Origin: Octopus vulgaris
Lineage: Eukaryota
Assembly (NCBI GenBank): GCA_951406725.2
Contig: OX597828.1
Coordinates: 34,720,001-34,784,000 of the forward strand
Direction: 5' to 3'
DNA length: 64,000 bases
The stretch's first letter is position 1. The number at the start of each line of letters is the position of its first letter. The notes beneath the pieces were generated by a model, which saw only the letters and a program-made list of their open reading frames with translations, was not told where the DNA came from and searched no databases. The position numbers and the translations under genes were made by a program. Of the stretch, positions 39,106-54,634 are shown piece after piece.

Positions 39106-40656
39106 GAGTTGAATACATTGTCAACCATGCATACATACATGCATAGTTACATACATACAAACACACACAGTTTCACACACACACACACACACACATGTAT
39201 GAATGTATGTATATGTAGTTATAACGGTAGTCTTGTTCTATATAGGGAAAGAGAAAGAGCGAGCGGGGTGGAAAAGTAAACGGTGAACGAACGGCGATAG
39301 ACAGAGGAATAGATAGACAGACTGACAGATGGATTGATGACTGTCTGCACGCATACATCAACCCATCCATCCATCCATCCATCCATCCATCCATCAATAC
39401 ATACATACATACAAACATACATACATACACACACACATAGATGCATACATACAAATACACAAGGGTGAGCGAGAGAGAGGCCGTGTATGTGAAAGAAAAA
39501 GAGATAGATAGGAAGAAAGACAGAATGAAAGGCAGAAAGAAAGGTAGATGGTGAGAGCTGGATAGATAGGTAAAGAAAATAGCATGTAGCTGGTTTTGAG
39601 GGTAGGCCCACAGGCCCCTCAATACAATTCAACTATTAACCACCAACTGTGACAACACTACCAGAGTTATCGCGGTGGCGACGACTATGAGGACGACCAC
39701 GACCACCAACACAATTAACAACAACAATTTAAGAAGCAGTAGCAGCAGCTGAGACATGAGAAGCGCGCGAAAGCCGGAGAAAGCAAACAGAAGCAATCCT
39801 CTGACCGATAAGGAAGATGACGATGATGATGACGATGATGATGACGATGATGATGATGACGATGATGATTATGACGATGATGATTATGACGATGATGATG
39901 ATGAGGATGATGATGATGAGGATGATGATGATGACAATGATGATGGGGACGCCGATGACGATGGTAATGGTGATATTGGAGATATATGAGTAGAATAAAA
40001 GTGAGCGGAGCCAGTAATAATACAAGTTGTGTGGAAAACGAAAGTGAAAGTAGCGCCTAATGGCTAGGACAATTTCGTATAAGCTTAAATTTGGTGCGTT
40101 TTTGTTAAGTGTTTGGTGTTGTGAGGTTGTAGAGTGAAACAGCTGATATGGGGGTGGGAGTAACTCCAATACATGCAACTGCTAATGGGATGGAGGAGGG
40201 AGGAGATTTTCTAAAAATAACATAAGAAAAAGATATATAAAAAAATACAAATAAAAATCAAAGAAAAAAACGAAAGTAAAGAAAGAGGAATTGAAGAGGA
40301 GAGAGAGAGATAGAGAGAGAGAGAGAAAGAGAATGACAGGCAGAGAGTAATAAGAGAGTGGGTCGGTGAACGCAAGAGGGAAGGTGACGGTGAAGCGGTG
40401 AGGGTGGGCAGAAATGTGTGTAAAATAAAACAGGGTGGGGGGTATGGGTGTGGGTGTCGGGAGCGAAGATAAAGGTAGAAATAAAGGACTGCGTTTACAC
40501 ACGCACACACACACACAAATACTTGCGTGCGTGTGTATGTGTGTGCGTTATGTATTTATGTTCGTATGTGTACTTGTGTGTATATGTATATATATGTATG
40601 TTTGTATCATATGCATGAATGTGTGTTTGTCTATATTATGTATGACTGTATTAGCA

Positions 40657-40688
<32 letters not shown>

Positions 40689-40706
40689 CATGAATGAATT
40701 TATTTA

Positions 40707-40753
<47 letters not shown>

Positions 40754-41169
40754 TCGTACTAATAGAACAAGCGAGAGAGAAAGAGAGAAACAAGGAGAAA
40801 GAAATAGAAAGAATAATAGTATAAATAAATAAATAAATAAAAAACAAAAGCCGGAGTGTAAAGGAGAGAGAGAGAGAGAGGGAGGAAGAGGTATAGAAAT
40901 AATAAGTTTCCCCTTCAGATAACAACAATAATAACAACAACATCACAACATCACAACCATCTTACCCCCACCCCCACCCCGCCTCCATCCTTTTTGCTTT
41001 CTTTCTTTTTTCTCGCACCGTTTTTCTCTCAAGTAGCGTCAACTGCGCGCCAGGTTGTATAACGTGTGTGTTATACGTTTGTTGTTGTTGTTGTTGTTGA
41101 GCGCCAGTTCAGACCTAAACGAGAAGATATATGATCAAAAGCGTTCTATCCATGCCCGTCCCGGTTGAG

Positions 41170-41201
<32 letters not shown>

Positions 41202-41397
41202 CATTTATCTTCAATGTGCAAGGGGAACGCAAAAATGATACATTCGCACATCTCGTTTCTCTGATGTTAAGCGTTGGCCGTTGAGATTTTATTGTAGTCT
41301 GGCTGCTATTTCTAGCCTGTCTACCGACCACGTAAGGTTTCTCTTGTTGACAATATATTTTGAGTTCTGTGTGTTTGTTATGCGTTTTTGCATGTCT

Positions 41398-41504
<107 letters not shown>

Positions 41505-42267
41505 GGTGTGTGTGTGTGTGCATGCCCGTGGGTGTATGTATGTATGTGTGTGTATGTTTCTAGGTCTATGCGTGTGTATATATATATATAATAATATTTT
41601 ATATATATATATATATATATACTTGTATATATATATATATATATACCTATATATTTATACACACATATATATGTATATATACACATATGTGCATATATAT
41701 ATATATACAGACATATACATATGTATACACACACATATATATATAAATGCATACATGTATGCGAGTGTGTGCGTGTGTGCCTGTGTCAGTGTGTTAGCGA
41801 GTATTTGAGGATACATACACGCACACACACACACGCATATGCGTGTGTGCATGTGTACACATATATATGTCTGTGTGTGTGTGTGTATGTATTATAGTTT
41901 GAGAGATAAGCGTGTGTAAGTGTGTTTGTTGTATTCACTGAACTCTTTCGTTGTCGTCGTCGTCGTCGTAAATTTTACCGACGGACACCACCTCCACCAC
42001 CACCACCACCACTACCGCCAGAACCATCAGCATCATCACCAATAACTACATCTCTCAAATAGCCATCATCATCATCATCATCATCATCGTCGTGGTCGTC
42101 GTCGTCATCATCATGATCGCGCCAACGAAGAGGCCTCTGCGCAGTTTTTTTTTTTTTCTGTTTTTTTATCCTGCTAAACATAGCAGCTAAATCACCCTCA
42201 AAACGCATCCAAGCATTTCAAATAAAGCCATAAACAATGGACAATGCTATTATACAAAATAATAATG

Positions 42268-42317
<50 letters not shown>

Positions 42318-42479
42318 CATGGGATGAAATGGGATGGGATAGGATGGGATGGCCATGAGTGGAATACCTTTGGCCACAGGTCTACACGTAACTGAGTTGA
42401 CCTTGGTTGTTTTAAGTATCATCAACATCAGCATTATCGTTGTCATCACTAGCACAATCAACACCATCATCATCATCGA

Positions 42480-43474
42480 GCGCTATGACCAAGGCCACCA
42501 CCACCACAACTACAACCACCACCACAACCACCACCATTTATCCATTAGGACGAACGCCACCAACATCAAACTACTACTACTACTGTTACTACTACTACTA
42601 CTACTATTACTACTACTACAACTATTACTACTACTATTACTACTACTACTATTACTACTACTGATGCTACTACTATTACTACTACTACTACTACTACTAC
42701 TACTACAATTTTTACGACCACCACCGCTGTTACCGCTACTGTTACTATTACTACCAGCATTACAAACATCACTATTAGCATCAACCACCACTACCGCCTC
42801 CGCCACCACCACCACCACCACCACCTCTACCGCCTCCACCACCACCACCACCACCACTACCGCCTCCACCACCACCACCACCACCACCATCACCACCACT
42901 ACCACCGCCGCCGCCGCCGTCACCACCACCACCACTACCACCACCACCACTACCGCCTCCACCACCACCACAACCACCACTACCACCACCACCACCACCA
43001 CCACCACCACTACCGCCGCCGCCACCACCACCACCACAACCACCACTACCACCACCGCCACCACCACTACCACCACTACCGCCGCCGCCACCACCACCAC
43101 CACCACCACCACCACCACCACCACTACCACCACCGCCACCACCACTACCACCACTACCGCCGCCGCCGCCACCACCACCACCACCACCACCACCACCACC
43201 ACCACCACCACCACCACTACCGCCTCCACCACCACCACCACCACTACCACCACCACCACCACCACCACCACCACCACTATCGCCTCCACCGCCACCACCA
43301 CCACTTTCGGCTCCACTACCACCTGCGGCTTCGTTACTACCGGATACGTTGTCATCGTTTTTCATCGTTGTCATCATCATCATCATCATCATCGCACCGT
43401 TGTCATCGTTGTCATCGTCGCTTCCTCTCTCCATTGTTATTATTGCCGCCGTTATCGTCATCACCAACATCACC

Positions 43475-43507
<33 letters not shown>

Positions 43508-43524
43508 GTTTATCGTTGTCGCTG

Positions 43525-43567
<43 letters not shown>

Positions 43568-43670
43568 TATTATTATTATTATTATTATTGTAAGTTATTC
43601 TTGTTATTACTGTTGTTGTAGCAACTACTGCTGTCGTTGTTGTTGCTGTTGTTGCTGCTGCTGCTGCTGT
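42480..43670. repeat. Compound trinucleotide array (CAC/CTA/ACC/GCC/CAT/TTA/CTG)
   Basis: Direct inspection. It explains the 414-aa low-complexity ORF. Confidence 0.93.
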
Positions 43671-44340
43671 ATTCAGTCGGCTGGCTGGCTGTGCGGGGGT
43701 GGGGGGGAGTCGGTTGGTCGTCTGGCTGAATGGTTGACTATCGGGCTGGCTGGTTTGTCGGTTGGTCGTTCGCGCGCGCGCTCACACGTGTGTAAGCGTA
43801 CGTACGTGTGTATGTACGTGTATGTGTGTGTGTGCGGCTAGTTCAGTTGTCTGTCTGTCTCTCTGTCTGTCTGTCTGTCTAACTGGTTGGTTGTCTGGTA
43901 GGATGGTACGCTGGTAGCCTGGCTGGTTCGTTTCGTTAGTGTTGTTGTTGCTGCTGTTGTTGTTGTTGTTGTTGTCCGCCCCCGCCACCCCGCTCCCCCG
44001 TAATTTGGTTTGGCTGGCTGACTGACGTGTAGGTTGGTTGGTGAAAAACTAGCAGGCTGGTTGGCTGGCTGGTCGGCTGGCTGACAGGAGAAAAAAGTCG
44101 GTTGGTTTTCCAGTTTTCGTTTAGTTTGGTCTGGCTTTTGGTTTGGCTGGCTGATCGGTCGGTCGGTTGGTCGGTCGGGATTTTTTTTTTAATTGTCGAG
44201 CTTTTTGGCCGGTTGTATAACACGTTCAGTTTCGGATCCGGGTTTCTCTTCTGTATAGCCTCGTCTGGTCTGGCGTATAAACTATATACACAAATACATT
44301 ATATTTTTAAAAAACATTTCTTGGCGGCATTTTAAAGAGA
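43670..44340 (+). promoter_or_regulatory. Probable promoter / 5'UTR start of the gene whose ATG is at 45196
   Basis: SINE-free, CpG-retaining stretch with Inr-like TCAGT(T/C) at about 43673, 43843 and 44226, upstream of the candidate first coding exon. The TSS cannot be fixed from sequence. Confidence 0.45.
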
Positions 44341-44342
44341 AG

Positions 44343-44393
<51 letters not shown>

Positions 44394-44503
44394 AGTTATT
44401 CTTGTTATTCCTCTATGGATTTATGAAAAAAAAATTTTCATCTTTGGAAATTTAATAATTGCTGTTATTATTATTATTATCATTATCATTATTATTATTA
44501 TTA

Positions 44504-44541
<38 letters not shown>

Positions 44542-44604
44542 TTGTATTGCGTGTGTTTTGAAGTTGAAGTTTCGATACGAGTACCACCTCACACATTTAC
44601 ACAA

Positions 44605-44649
<45 letters not shown>

Positions 44650-44924
44650 AAGACACTTACACACACACACATTCATTCAAGGATATATTTTCATACAAAC
44701 GCACATACACACACGCGCGTGCAAACTCTCTTACACACACACACACATACACATCTACACACAAATACCTTACAACTCAAAAAATTATATATATATATAT
44801 ATATATATGTATACATGTATGTATATATATATATACACACACACTACACGCGCAACGATGATGTAAGTCCACGTATGTGTGCGTGTGTGCGTGCGTGAAT
44901 GCGTGTCAAGAACGTACAACAAAT

Positions 44925-44969
<45 letters not shown>

Positions 44970-45132
44970 TATATACATATATATATATACACACACACAC
45001 GTATATGTATATATATATATATACGTTATACATACATAACATATATAAATATACGTGGTGTCTGAGTTAGCATCATGTGTGTACGGCGTACTTGCATGCA
45101 TGTATGAATGTACGAGTGTGTTTCGTGTCTGC

Positions 45133-45165
<33 letters not shown>

Positions 45166-45195
45166 ATGTTGTCTGTTCATTTAAATCTGCCAGCC

Positions 45196-45313
45196 ATGAG
45201 GCGAATACAGACTCTTGTAATTATAACGAGTACCAATATTATATTATTTCACACATTATGGATTACCTTTGGAGTATTGCTACAGCCTATTAGCGCCAGC
45301 CTCACCACAACAG
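45196..45313 (+). CDS. Candidate first coding exon (signal peptide) of a secreted or membrane protein; partial gene
   Basis: CAGCC-ATG context. MRRIQTLVIITSTNIILFHTLWITFGVLLQPISA|SLTTT has a basic N-terminus, hydrophobic core and small-residue cleavage site. A strong donor CAG|GTAAGA follows 39 codons + 1 nt (phase 1, typical of signal-peptide exons). No downstream exon identified. Confidence 0.65.
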
Positions 45314-45554
45314 GTAAGAGACGAAAGCTACTTGTTTTTGTTTTTGTTATTGTTGAGGCTCATGTTGTTGTTGTTGTAAGTTTGCTCATTTATTTTCAGT
45401 TATTATTATTTTCTTTGTTTTTTGTTTTTTTTGCTTTTTTTGGGTGAGGTGGCGGGAGGCGGGCGGGGGTCATTATCTTTCGTTTCTGAGTTTTTTTTAA
45501 GATCATTTCATACATGGTAATGTTACGGACTTTTGTTTTATTATATGCTAAATA

Positions 45555-45591
<37 letters not shown>

Positions 45592-46438
45592 GTGTGTGTG
45601 TATGTGTGTGTGTGTGCATGCACGTATGTACAACTACACAGTATATATGCGTATGCACACATACACCTACGCACATAGGTGCATACAAAGATTTAAACAC
45701 ACAAACGTACACATGTATACACCCACCCACATACACACACACACACACACACACATAGTTAGTTAGTTGTGTGTTAACCACGGACAAAGTAGAAGCTAAC
45801 TCAATACCTTTGCTAGAGTAAATATTTCTTATGTCGGTTATCGTAATAGGTTAGCAGTGGGTCTGACAGCGAACACTCGTTTAATGGTGGTCATGGTGGT
45901 CAGACTAAGGGCGGTTCCAAAGACACCCTGAGGATATCAAGCACGAGGTCACGACATTCTAAGCCGAACTGTAATGAACCTATATATATATATACATACA
46001 TATATATATATACACATACACATACATACATACATTCATATATGCATACATTTCTTTCTGTGTACATCAAACATGTTCTCTCTCTCTCTCTCACACACAC
46101 AAGCTTTTGCACGCGTGTGCATGTGCGTGCGCGCGTCTTTGTATACGTGTTTTGTTTTCACACGTAAGCAGAATGTGTGTGTGTGTGTACGTTAACTCCA
46201 AAAATGTTTTTGTTAGTGTGGTGTTGTTGTTTTTTTGTGTTAATGTTACTCACGTGGCAAGAAAAGAAATGATTATTGTTGTTGCTGTTGTTATTAACAT
46301 TATACTCGTCATCAACATCATCATTGTCATCATCATCATCATCATCCTTATCCTACCTGTATACAGTATTTTATTTAAGTGTGTTTTAAGAACCATTTTC
46401 TTATTAAATATTTCGATATATCGATAGTGCCACAGAGT

Positions 46439-46484
<46 letters not shown>

Positions 46485-48149
46485 TATATCCAAAATTAAA
46501 CAAATATATATATAGGTTCATGTTTTCTTCTTTTCCTTTTTTGTTTCAAATAAAGTAACAAGATAAAATTTTCACGGTGGATCGAACCTGCGATCTCATT
46601 TTTAGATATTTATTCATTTATTGATTCCCACCCACCAACATCACTTCTTCCCCGACTTTCTTTCATTTCAATCCACTCTACTCCACTGACACGAGAGAAT
46701 TACGAAACAGCCTTGATAAACGCATGAATGAACATCATATACTCGCGTATTTCACTCCGTTTCTGTCTGTTCGTCTGTGCATCTTTCTTTCTGTGTAGTA
46801 ACGAAATCAATGCCGTTTATTAGGCTACAGAACTGTTGAGTAAGATCGAAGACAACTCGTGGATCAGCTAAAATCGCGGGCTACGGTTTCGAATTTTCGC
46901 TGTAAGTTGTAGTAGGCGTGTAGTTGTCGACGCCGCTAGATATAATAACGAGACGGCATCAACCTCGTGGTCTGCTCGAGATCTGCTCGATATAGCAACG
47001 AATGCTTCCCTCAAAATCACGTGTCCATACACATGTATACAACCCCCGCTCCACTCCCTCCCAGCATACACAACTTGCCTTGGGGCGGGGGGGATGTCCT
47101 TCACCTCCCGGCATTTTAAACCTGGGGGAGCCCATCTTTCTCCAGGCCTAACCGTAGCCAATTTCATCACCATCATCATCGTAATCATTTTCTAGGGAGC
47201 GAGAGAGAGAGAGGGGGGGAGATTGAACAAAAGAAGAAGAATCGACCCCAGTAATAGACGGGTGCGTTGTTTATCCACCCGAAGAAAACAAATGAAAAAG
47301 ATGTGATTTGAACTTGGAATGGAGAGAACCGGAACAAATACTCCGCTCTGCCAACTCGCCCGCCTAACCAACTACACACACAAACACACACACACACACA
47401 CACTTTGAAATTAACCTAATGGAGTGGACACGTTGGATAATACGCTACTAAATATACTGAATGTAATCTGAAAACAAAAATGAGTTGGTCATGGCTGGAA
47501 TGTCTCTTGAGTATAGCTGTACTTTTGATCAAGTGGTTACGGTACTGAAATTTGTAAAAATCTCTGCTCCAGCGTGGCCTTTGCAATGACAGGAGACACA
47601 AACACAAAAGAATTTGACCAGCGGGAAACCTAGGGTTAAATAACAATAACAGCTATGATAAAATCTTGGGATATAATAAACGACTGAAGAACGTCACATC
47701 CCCCTCTCTTTTCATGTCTCCTTCCTCTCACTCCCCTCTCCTTCACTGTCTCCTTCTTTCCTTCTTTACCACTTCTATTCTGAAATATCAGAAGCCATGT
47801 GTCTGGCTAATCCGAGTAAAACCATAATTTCCTGCGCTGCAGACACCGAAGCGTGAATACAGGATAAGGTTGTTAATATTGTAGCTATTGTCCTTGCTGT
47901 ACTTGTTTGTGTTTAGCCCCAGGTCAGTCTAACTCAAGCAGAAGTACGATTTCAAAACGTTCCAATTATGACCTAACATCTGATCATTTCTCTATGATAC
48001 ATTTTTGTCTATGTCTACAACTACATTGACCAATCTATATCTTTCCCTTCTCTCCTTCTGTGATTTTTTTTTTTAAAGCAAAGGCAGTTAAATGTGACTT
48101 AAAGGAGATTTGGCTTTTATTTCTATTTGGTCAAGCGACTGATTTCATT

Positions 48150-48760
48150 AAAGTTTCCACGCTGGTTTGTACAGGATACGGTTGAAGGTCCTGTCCCAAC
48201 TGTATCGACATGCCGGTTTCAGCTACCTGTGGAAACACCCACCTTTCTTGCAGATTACGTCGCCTTTATGCAGTGTTGTTGGCATTGTCACAATTCTATC
48301 TCAGCTCTGTAAACCCCATGTCAGTCCTGTGACCCCATGTCAGTTACGTGACCCTATGCCAACCTTGTGGCTCTATGTCAGCCTTATAACCTCTGTGAAT
48401 CTTGTAACCCTCGGTCAGATCTGTGACGACCATGACCATTGCTCGCCTTTGATCGAAAATATTCTCGTCGTGGACATCTGGGAGAACATTATTTACTGCA
48501 TCCATCCTTTTTTTTTTCAAATATAAGTGGCATCGTGTAGATATTTTCTTCGCTAACCCTGGTCTAGAGGCTGCCTCATAAACACGCATCACCAAGGTTC
48601 TTCGTACAGGCATGGACATCACACAATCTTCTACATTAAAATACTCCATCCTTTCTTTTTTTTTTTTTGCGGATTTTATAGTAGAACAAAGAAGACACCT
48701 GTAATATACGGTAGTCGAAAATAATCGACTGTCCCTAGACTCTAACATCGTGGTCTTTGG
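48150..48760 (-). mobile_element. Heavily decayed piggyBac (PGBD2/3-like) transposase C-terminal relic
   Basis: Across frameshifts: KSAKKKKER, MDAVNNVL/QMSTTRIFSIKGEQWSW, ELR..IVTM and RY/VGTGPSTVSCTNQR, in the order expected for PGBD3-type motifs. Confidence 0.45.
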
Positions 48761-50559
48761 TCCATATCAATTTACGATTTTCTTTTTCTCTTTTTTGGCC
48801 GGTTGATCGTTTGTCCCGGCCATTTAAGTTATGCGTTCAAATCTCGCTGAGGCCAACTTTGTCTTTCATCTTTCAACGGTTTATAAAATAATCAGTTAAT
48901 TACCGAAATTAATGTGATCATCTGTGTCTCCCCCTGCCCCACCCAATCGTTAATGTGTAGCAAAAAAAAAAAAAGTTGCTTTGCTCTATTCATTCCGGCC
49001 ATTTACGATCTGATTTCAAATCCCACCCAGGTCAACATTGCTATTCATTCTGCCGGTATCGATAAAATAAGAAACCATTCAAGTTGTGGAGTCGATAGTA
49101 TCGAATTACCCCTTCCCCTTAAAACTGCTGGCCTTGTGCCAAAATTAGAAACAATACTGTTTCGGCGGCAAGTGCGGGGTTTGGAAGAATCGTTAACACG
49201 TCGGATTCGAGCTATTTCGGTTGTTTGCGATCTGAGTTCAAATCTCACCGGAGTTTATTTTGCTTGTTATCCTTTCGGGGTTGAAGCAATTGAAATACCA
49301 ACTAATAACTGGTGTCTGCTTAATCGCCTATATTTATTCGAAAAAAAATTGGAGCTTTTTCTCCATCACAGATTAGAGAGGGTATTAAATTTGGTATTTA
49401 CCTGAGGGTCTTGTTATAGTCATCAGATTGCAGTCATGCTGGGGAATCCTTTGAAGGGTTTTAGTCGAACGAATTTCCCACAGTATTTATTTCTTTAAAG
49501 CCTAGCTTCTATTCTATCGTCTCTTGTGCCGAATCGCTAAATTGGGGTGGACGTAAACACACCAACACCGGTTGTCAAGCGATTCTGAGGGTCAAGTACA
49601 GGCTCAAAGGCACACGTGCACACACATACATTTATTTATTTATTATATGGTGGGCTTCTTTCAGTTTCCGTCGACCAAATCCACTGACAAGGCTTTGCTC
49701 AGCCCGTGGCTATAATAGAAACACTTCCCCAAGGTGCCACGCAGTGGGACTGAACCCGAAACCATGTGGTTGGGAAGGAGACAACCCTACACACACAACA
49801 CACACACACATACACACACACACACACAACACACAACACACACAACCCGAATTACGAAACCATGATTCTGTATTAGAAACGTTAAGTGTGGCGAATTTTT
49901 CGAATCGTTATCGTTTTGAATACCTTGTGTTATTTGCTTCAACCCTCTGGGCTCTGAGTTCATATCCCACCAAGGGTAATTTTGCCTTTTATCCTTTCCG
50001 GGGTCGATAATCAGAAATAGTAGTAAAGTCTTGGTTCTCTCTCTCTCTCTCTTTCATCTTCGACACCGTCGGAATTAGCCATAACCGACATGACGGTGTC
50101 TTGTAATGAAAGGAAGGGAGGGACAGAAAGAGAGGGAACGGGGAGAGGAGAGGGGGTGGGGTGGGGGGTAGGGAGAGAATACCGGAAGGAAGGCAACGGG
50201 AAACCACCTTTGTATTCTGTCACGAAAATTCCATGACAAGCATATAAATGCTTCTGAAGAAAACCACCAGGTGTCGCTCGTCAACCTGATGGCGAATGGA
50301 AAAATGGGGAGTAATGTGCGTGCGTGCGTGCGTGCGTGTGCGTGTAACGGTGAGTTGTCTAACACACGTATATATGAAAATAGCTTTCCGTTTTTCGATA
50401 AGATTTTCTGATGCTTCATGATGCTGTAATATGTTCACGCGTATATTACCTGCCGGCTCCTCGTTTTGGCTATCCATACCAGTGCTTGCGTTTATTTTAG
50501 AGAACATTATTATAATTTCTCTTATTGAAGTTACAGAATCGATGGTACTGGAAAATAAT

Positions 50560-51730
50560 GCCTTTGTGTTATTTACCATGTCTGAGTTCAAATGGAGCTT
50601 AGGTCAAGTTTACCCCCACCATCCATTCCGGGTTGGAATCAATATCATAAACACCTAGGTTCAATCAATTCATCTCAGTCCTAAAATGACTGGTTTCGTG
50701 CTAATATGAAATAAAATCATTATTATTATTATTATTACTATGGTGACGTATCGTCTGTGCGTCGGACTAAATGCTTAGTAGCATTTCGTTCGTATTTACG
50801 TTCCGGTTTCAAATGTCACCCGGGTCGACGTTGTCTTTCATCCTTTCGGAATCGATAAAATTAAATACCAGTCAAATAGTTGATTCAGCATAATCCCGGG
50901 ATAGTTGAACCGGGGTAAATTACCCCAAATGGGGTAAAATGAAATTATTGGGGGTAATGGGGACTCATTAGACATATCTAAAATTATATTTAAAAAAAAA
51001 TTTGTTCCTTGTTATCCGTGATTTTCTTCCATTCGAATCAAGGGGGTAACGTCGGTGTAAACAAATATATTTTGGGGGTAACCGGTTAAAAAATTTCCCT
51101 AATAATCGACTCGCCCTCTCTCATTAAAAACCTGCTGGCACTGCCAAAATTTGAAACCATTATTATTGTTAAGGCGGCGACATCATTTCGGGGTCAATAA
51201 ATTAAGTACCATGAAATACTGGGGTCGATATAATCAACTAGTCCCCTCCCACAAAATTTCAGGCCTTTTGCCTTTAGTAGAAAGTATTATTGAGACAGAA
51301 TAGCTGGCAGAATAGTTGGTGTACCGGACAAAGTGCTTCGGTGGTGTTTTGTCCGTCTTTTCGTTCTAAGGTCCAATTCCACTGAGGTCGACTTTGCCTT
51401 TCATCCTCTCAGAATCGATTAAATAAGTACAGATTGAGTAATGGGGTGGGTCGACTAGTACCCTCCCTCAAAATTTCAGGCCTTGCGCCTATGGTAGAAT
51501 GGATTATTATTAAAACAGCAAGCTGGCAGACTCGTTAATGAGTCGGACAAAATACTAAACAACAGTTCTTCCGGCTCTTCAAGTTCTCAGTACGAATTCC
51601 TCCAAGGTCGACTCCCGCCTTTCATCCTTTCAGGGTCGATAAAAAAGTGTCATTTGAGCACTAAGGTTGATGTACCTGAGTAGGCCCCTCCCCTCAAAAT
51701 CTCTGGTCTTCTGCTCAAATCAGAAAGCAT
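50560..51730 (+). mobile_element. Head-to-tail cluster of family B SINEs (with a hAT-like MITE piece at about 50896-51100)
   Basis: At least five diverged units joined through ATT tails, and a GGGGTAA-rich insert. Confidence 0.7.
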
Positions 51731-51764
51731 CATTTTGAATGGTGCATAGACAGAATCAGTAAAG

Positions 51765-51972
51765 CTTTACTCTTTTACTTGTTTCAGCCATTTGACTGTG
51801 GCCATGCTGGAGCACCGTCTTTAGTCGAGCAAATCCACCACAGGACTTATTCTTTGTAAGCCTAGTACTTATTCTATCGGTCTCTTTTGCTGAACCGCTA
51901 AGTTACGGGGATGTAAACACACCAACATCAGTTGTCAAGCGATGTTGGGGGGGGGGGAACACAGACACACAA

Positions 51973-52019
<47 letters not shown>

Positions 52020-52190
52020 CATATGTACGACAGGCTTCTTTCAGTTTCTGTCTACCAAATCCACTCACAAGGCTTTGGTCGGCCCGAGGCTATAGAAGAA
52101 GACACCTGCCCACGGCGCCACGCAGTGGGACTGAACCCGGAACCATGTGGTTCGTAAGGAAGCTACTTACCATACAACCACTCCTATGCC
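51765..52190 (-). mobile_element. Family A SINE, full length
   Basis: All family A modules present. Confidence 0.9.
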
Positions 52191-52537
52191 TAAATTATAT
52201 TTCATTACATTTCATTAACGTTTTTTTTTTCTTTTAAAGATCGCTCCCCCCCCCCCACCGCTCCTGCTTAAGTCGAATTTACGTTAATTCTTCCAGAACC
52301 GGCATTCTTCTAACGGCATTATTTGTAATAGCAGTAGCAAGCCAGCGTGCAGGTAGAATTGCTAATAGGCCGGTCGAAATGCTTAGCAGCATTTCGTCTG
52401 TCTTTATGGTCTGAGTTGAAAATTCTGCCGATTTCGACCTTCGGGGTTCGATGAAATAAATACCTGATGAATACAGGGGATCGTAATCCACTCATCCTCT
52501 CCATCCAAATTGCTGCCCTTGTGGTAAAATTTGAAAC

Positions 52538-52582
<45 letters not shown>

Positions 52583-53381
52583 GGCAGCGAGTTGCGCGAA
52601 TCGCTAGCACGCCGAACGAAATGCTTAGCGGTTTTTCGTCCATCATTAATGTTCTGAGTTCAAATTCCGGCAAGTGTCGACTTTGCCAGTCATCCTTTCA
52701 TTCTTTCGGGGGTCGATAAAACAAGTGAGTGGGTGGGGGTGAATGTAATCGACTAGCCCCTCCCCTCAAAATTGTTGGCCTTGTGCCAAAATAAGAAAGG
52801 ATCATTTGCAATGGTAGTAGTAGTAGTAGTAGTAGTATTTGTCTGTAACGCATCGTTATATTATGCATTCACACATCCTGTTAAAATCCTTTCTCAAGTC
52901 TTGCACACGTGTGTCCAAGTGTGTGTGTCCAAATGTGTGTGTGTGTGTGTGTGTTTGATGGATTACACTCGCTCGTGCCCCCTCCCCGAGACACACACGC
53001 ATACACGAACAAACGCACATTGCACTCTGTCATGAACACAGAAGAACATGCAAGCACGCACATACGTATTTGCATATTATAAGATGTGTATGATGTGCGT
53101 CTGTGGCATTGTCTGTGGCCCTATGAGGGAAGACGAGAGTTTGGCGACGGTGAGGTGGGAATGAGAAGAGCTAGATACAAGATTGTATTGTCTCTGTGGG
53201 AAACATACGATCATAGATTCGATCGAAACACACACAACAGCCTCCACCTTGCCACAGCTGATCTCTCTCTCTCTCTATCTCTCTCTCTTTCTTTCTTTCC
53301 CTCTCTCACTCTCTCTCTCTCCCTCTCTCTTTCTTTCTTTCTTTCTCTCTCACACTCTCTCTCTCTCTCTCACTCTCACTC

Positions 53382-53425
<44 letters not shown>

Positions 53426-53559
53426 TCTCTCGTTCACATTCACTTTCTCATGTATTCTCATGTATTTTTGAATGGCTAATAGGTATCTTCCACGCTGTAA
53501 TTGTTTTAGTTTGAACTCAGTCTCAGATCGAAACACTTGACAGGCAACGTACGTCTCCG

Positions 53560-53626
<67 letters not shown>

Positions 53627-53947
53627 GAGAGAGACATCAGACAGAGACAGACGGACAGAGAAAGGACAAAGCGAGGGAGAGGGCACAGCTTCAATAATTT
53701 TCGCCGACCAGATTCCAGGACAACTTTTCCAAGGTTTCCTGCAATGGGATACAAGCTACAACCGCGTGGTTCCGAAACTAGCATTTTAGCCACAAACTAT
53801 GTTATCCCAGTTAAGGAGTCGAAGCCATGCCCTCGTAGTCTGATGGGTTTCGTTGCCAAGAAAACATGAAAATGGAAAGATAAATCTTTGTGCAATAGAT
53901 GTTTGGTGTGAAAGTTCTCCCAAACTATCCAACTAGACTTCAGTCTG

Positions 53948-54457
<510 letters not shown>

Positions 54458-54594
54458 GTCTGTCTGTCTGTCAATCTATCTATCTGTCTGTCTGTTTGCC
54501 AGTCTATCCGTCTGTGTACCTGTCCACTTCTCAGACTATCCTCCTGTCTATTTCTTTGTCTACCTAGCCAACCAGTCAGCTACTATTTTTTGAA

Positions 54595-54634
<40 letters not shown>

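Noticed and set aside
39756-39989. Poly-Asp ORF resembling acidic biomineral proteins
   Set aside because: A (GAT/GAC)n tract with no signal peptide or splice support.
41947-41968. miR-981-like TTCGTTGTCGTCG
   Set aside because: Runs into a (GTC)n repeat and has no precursor hairpin.
42349-43593. 414-aa ORF (mucin-like poly-T/L/H)
   Set aside because: Made entirely of trinucleotide microsatellites and open in several frames on both strands.
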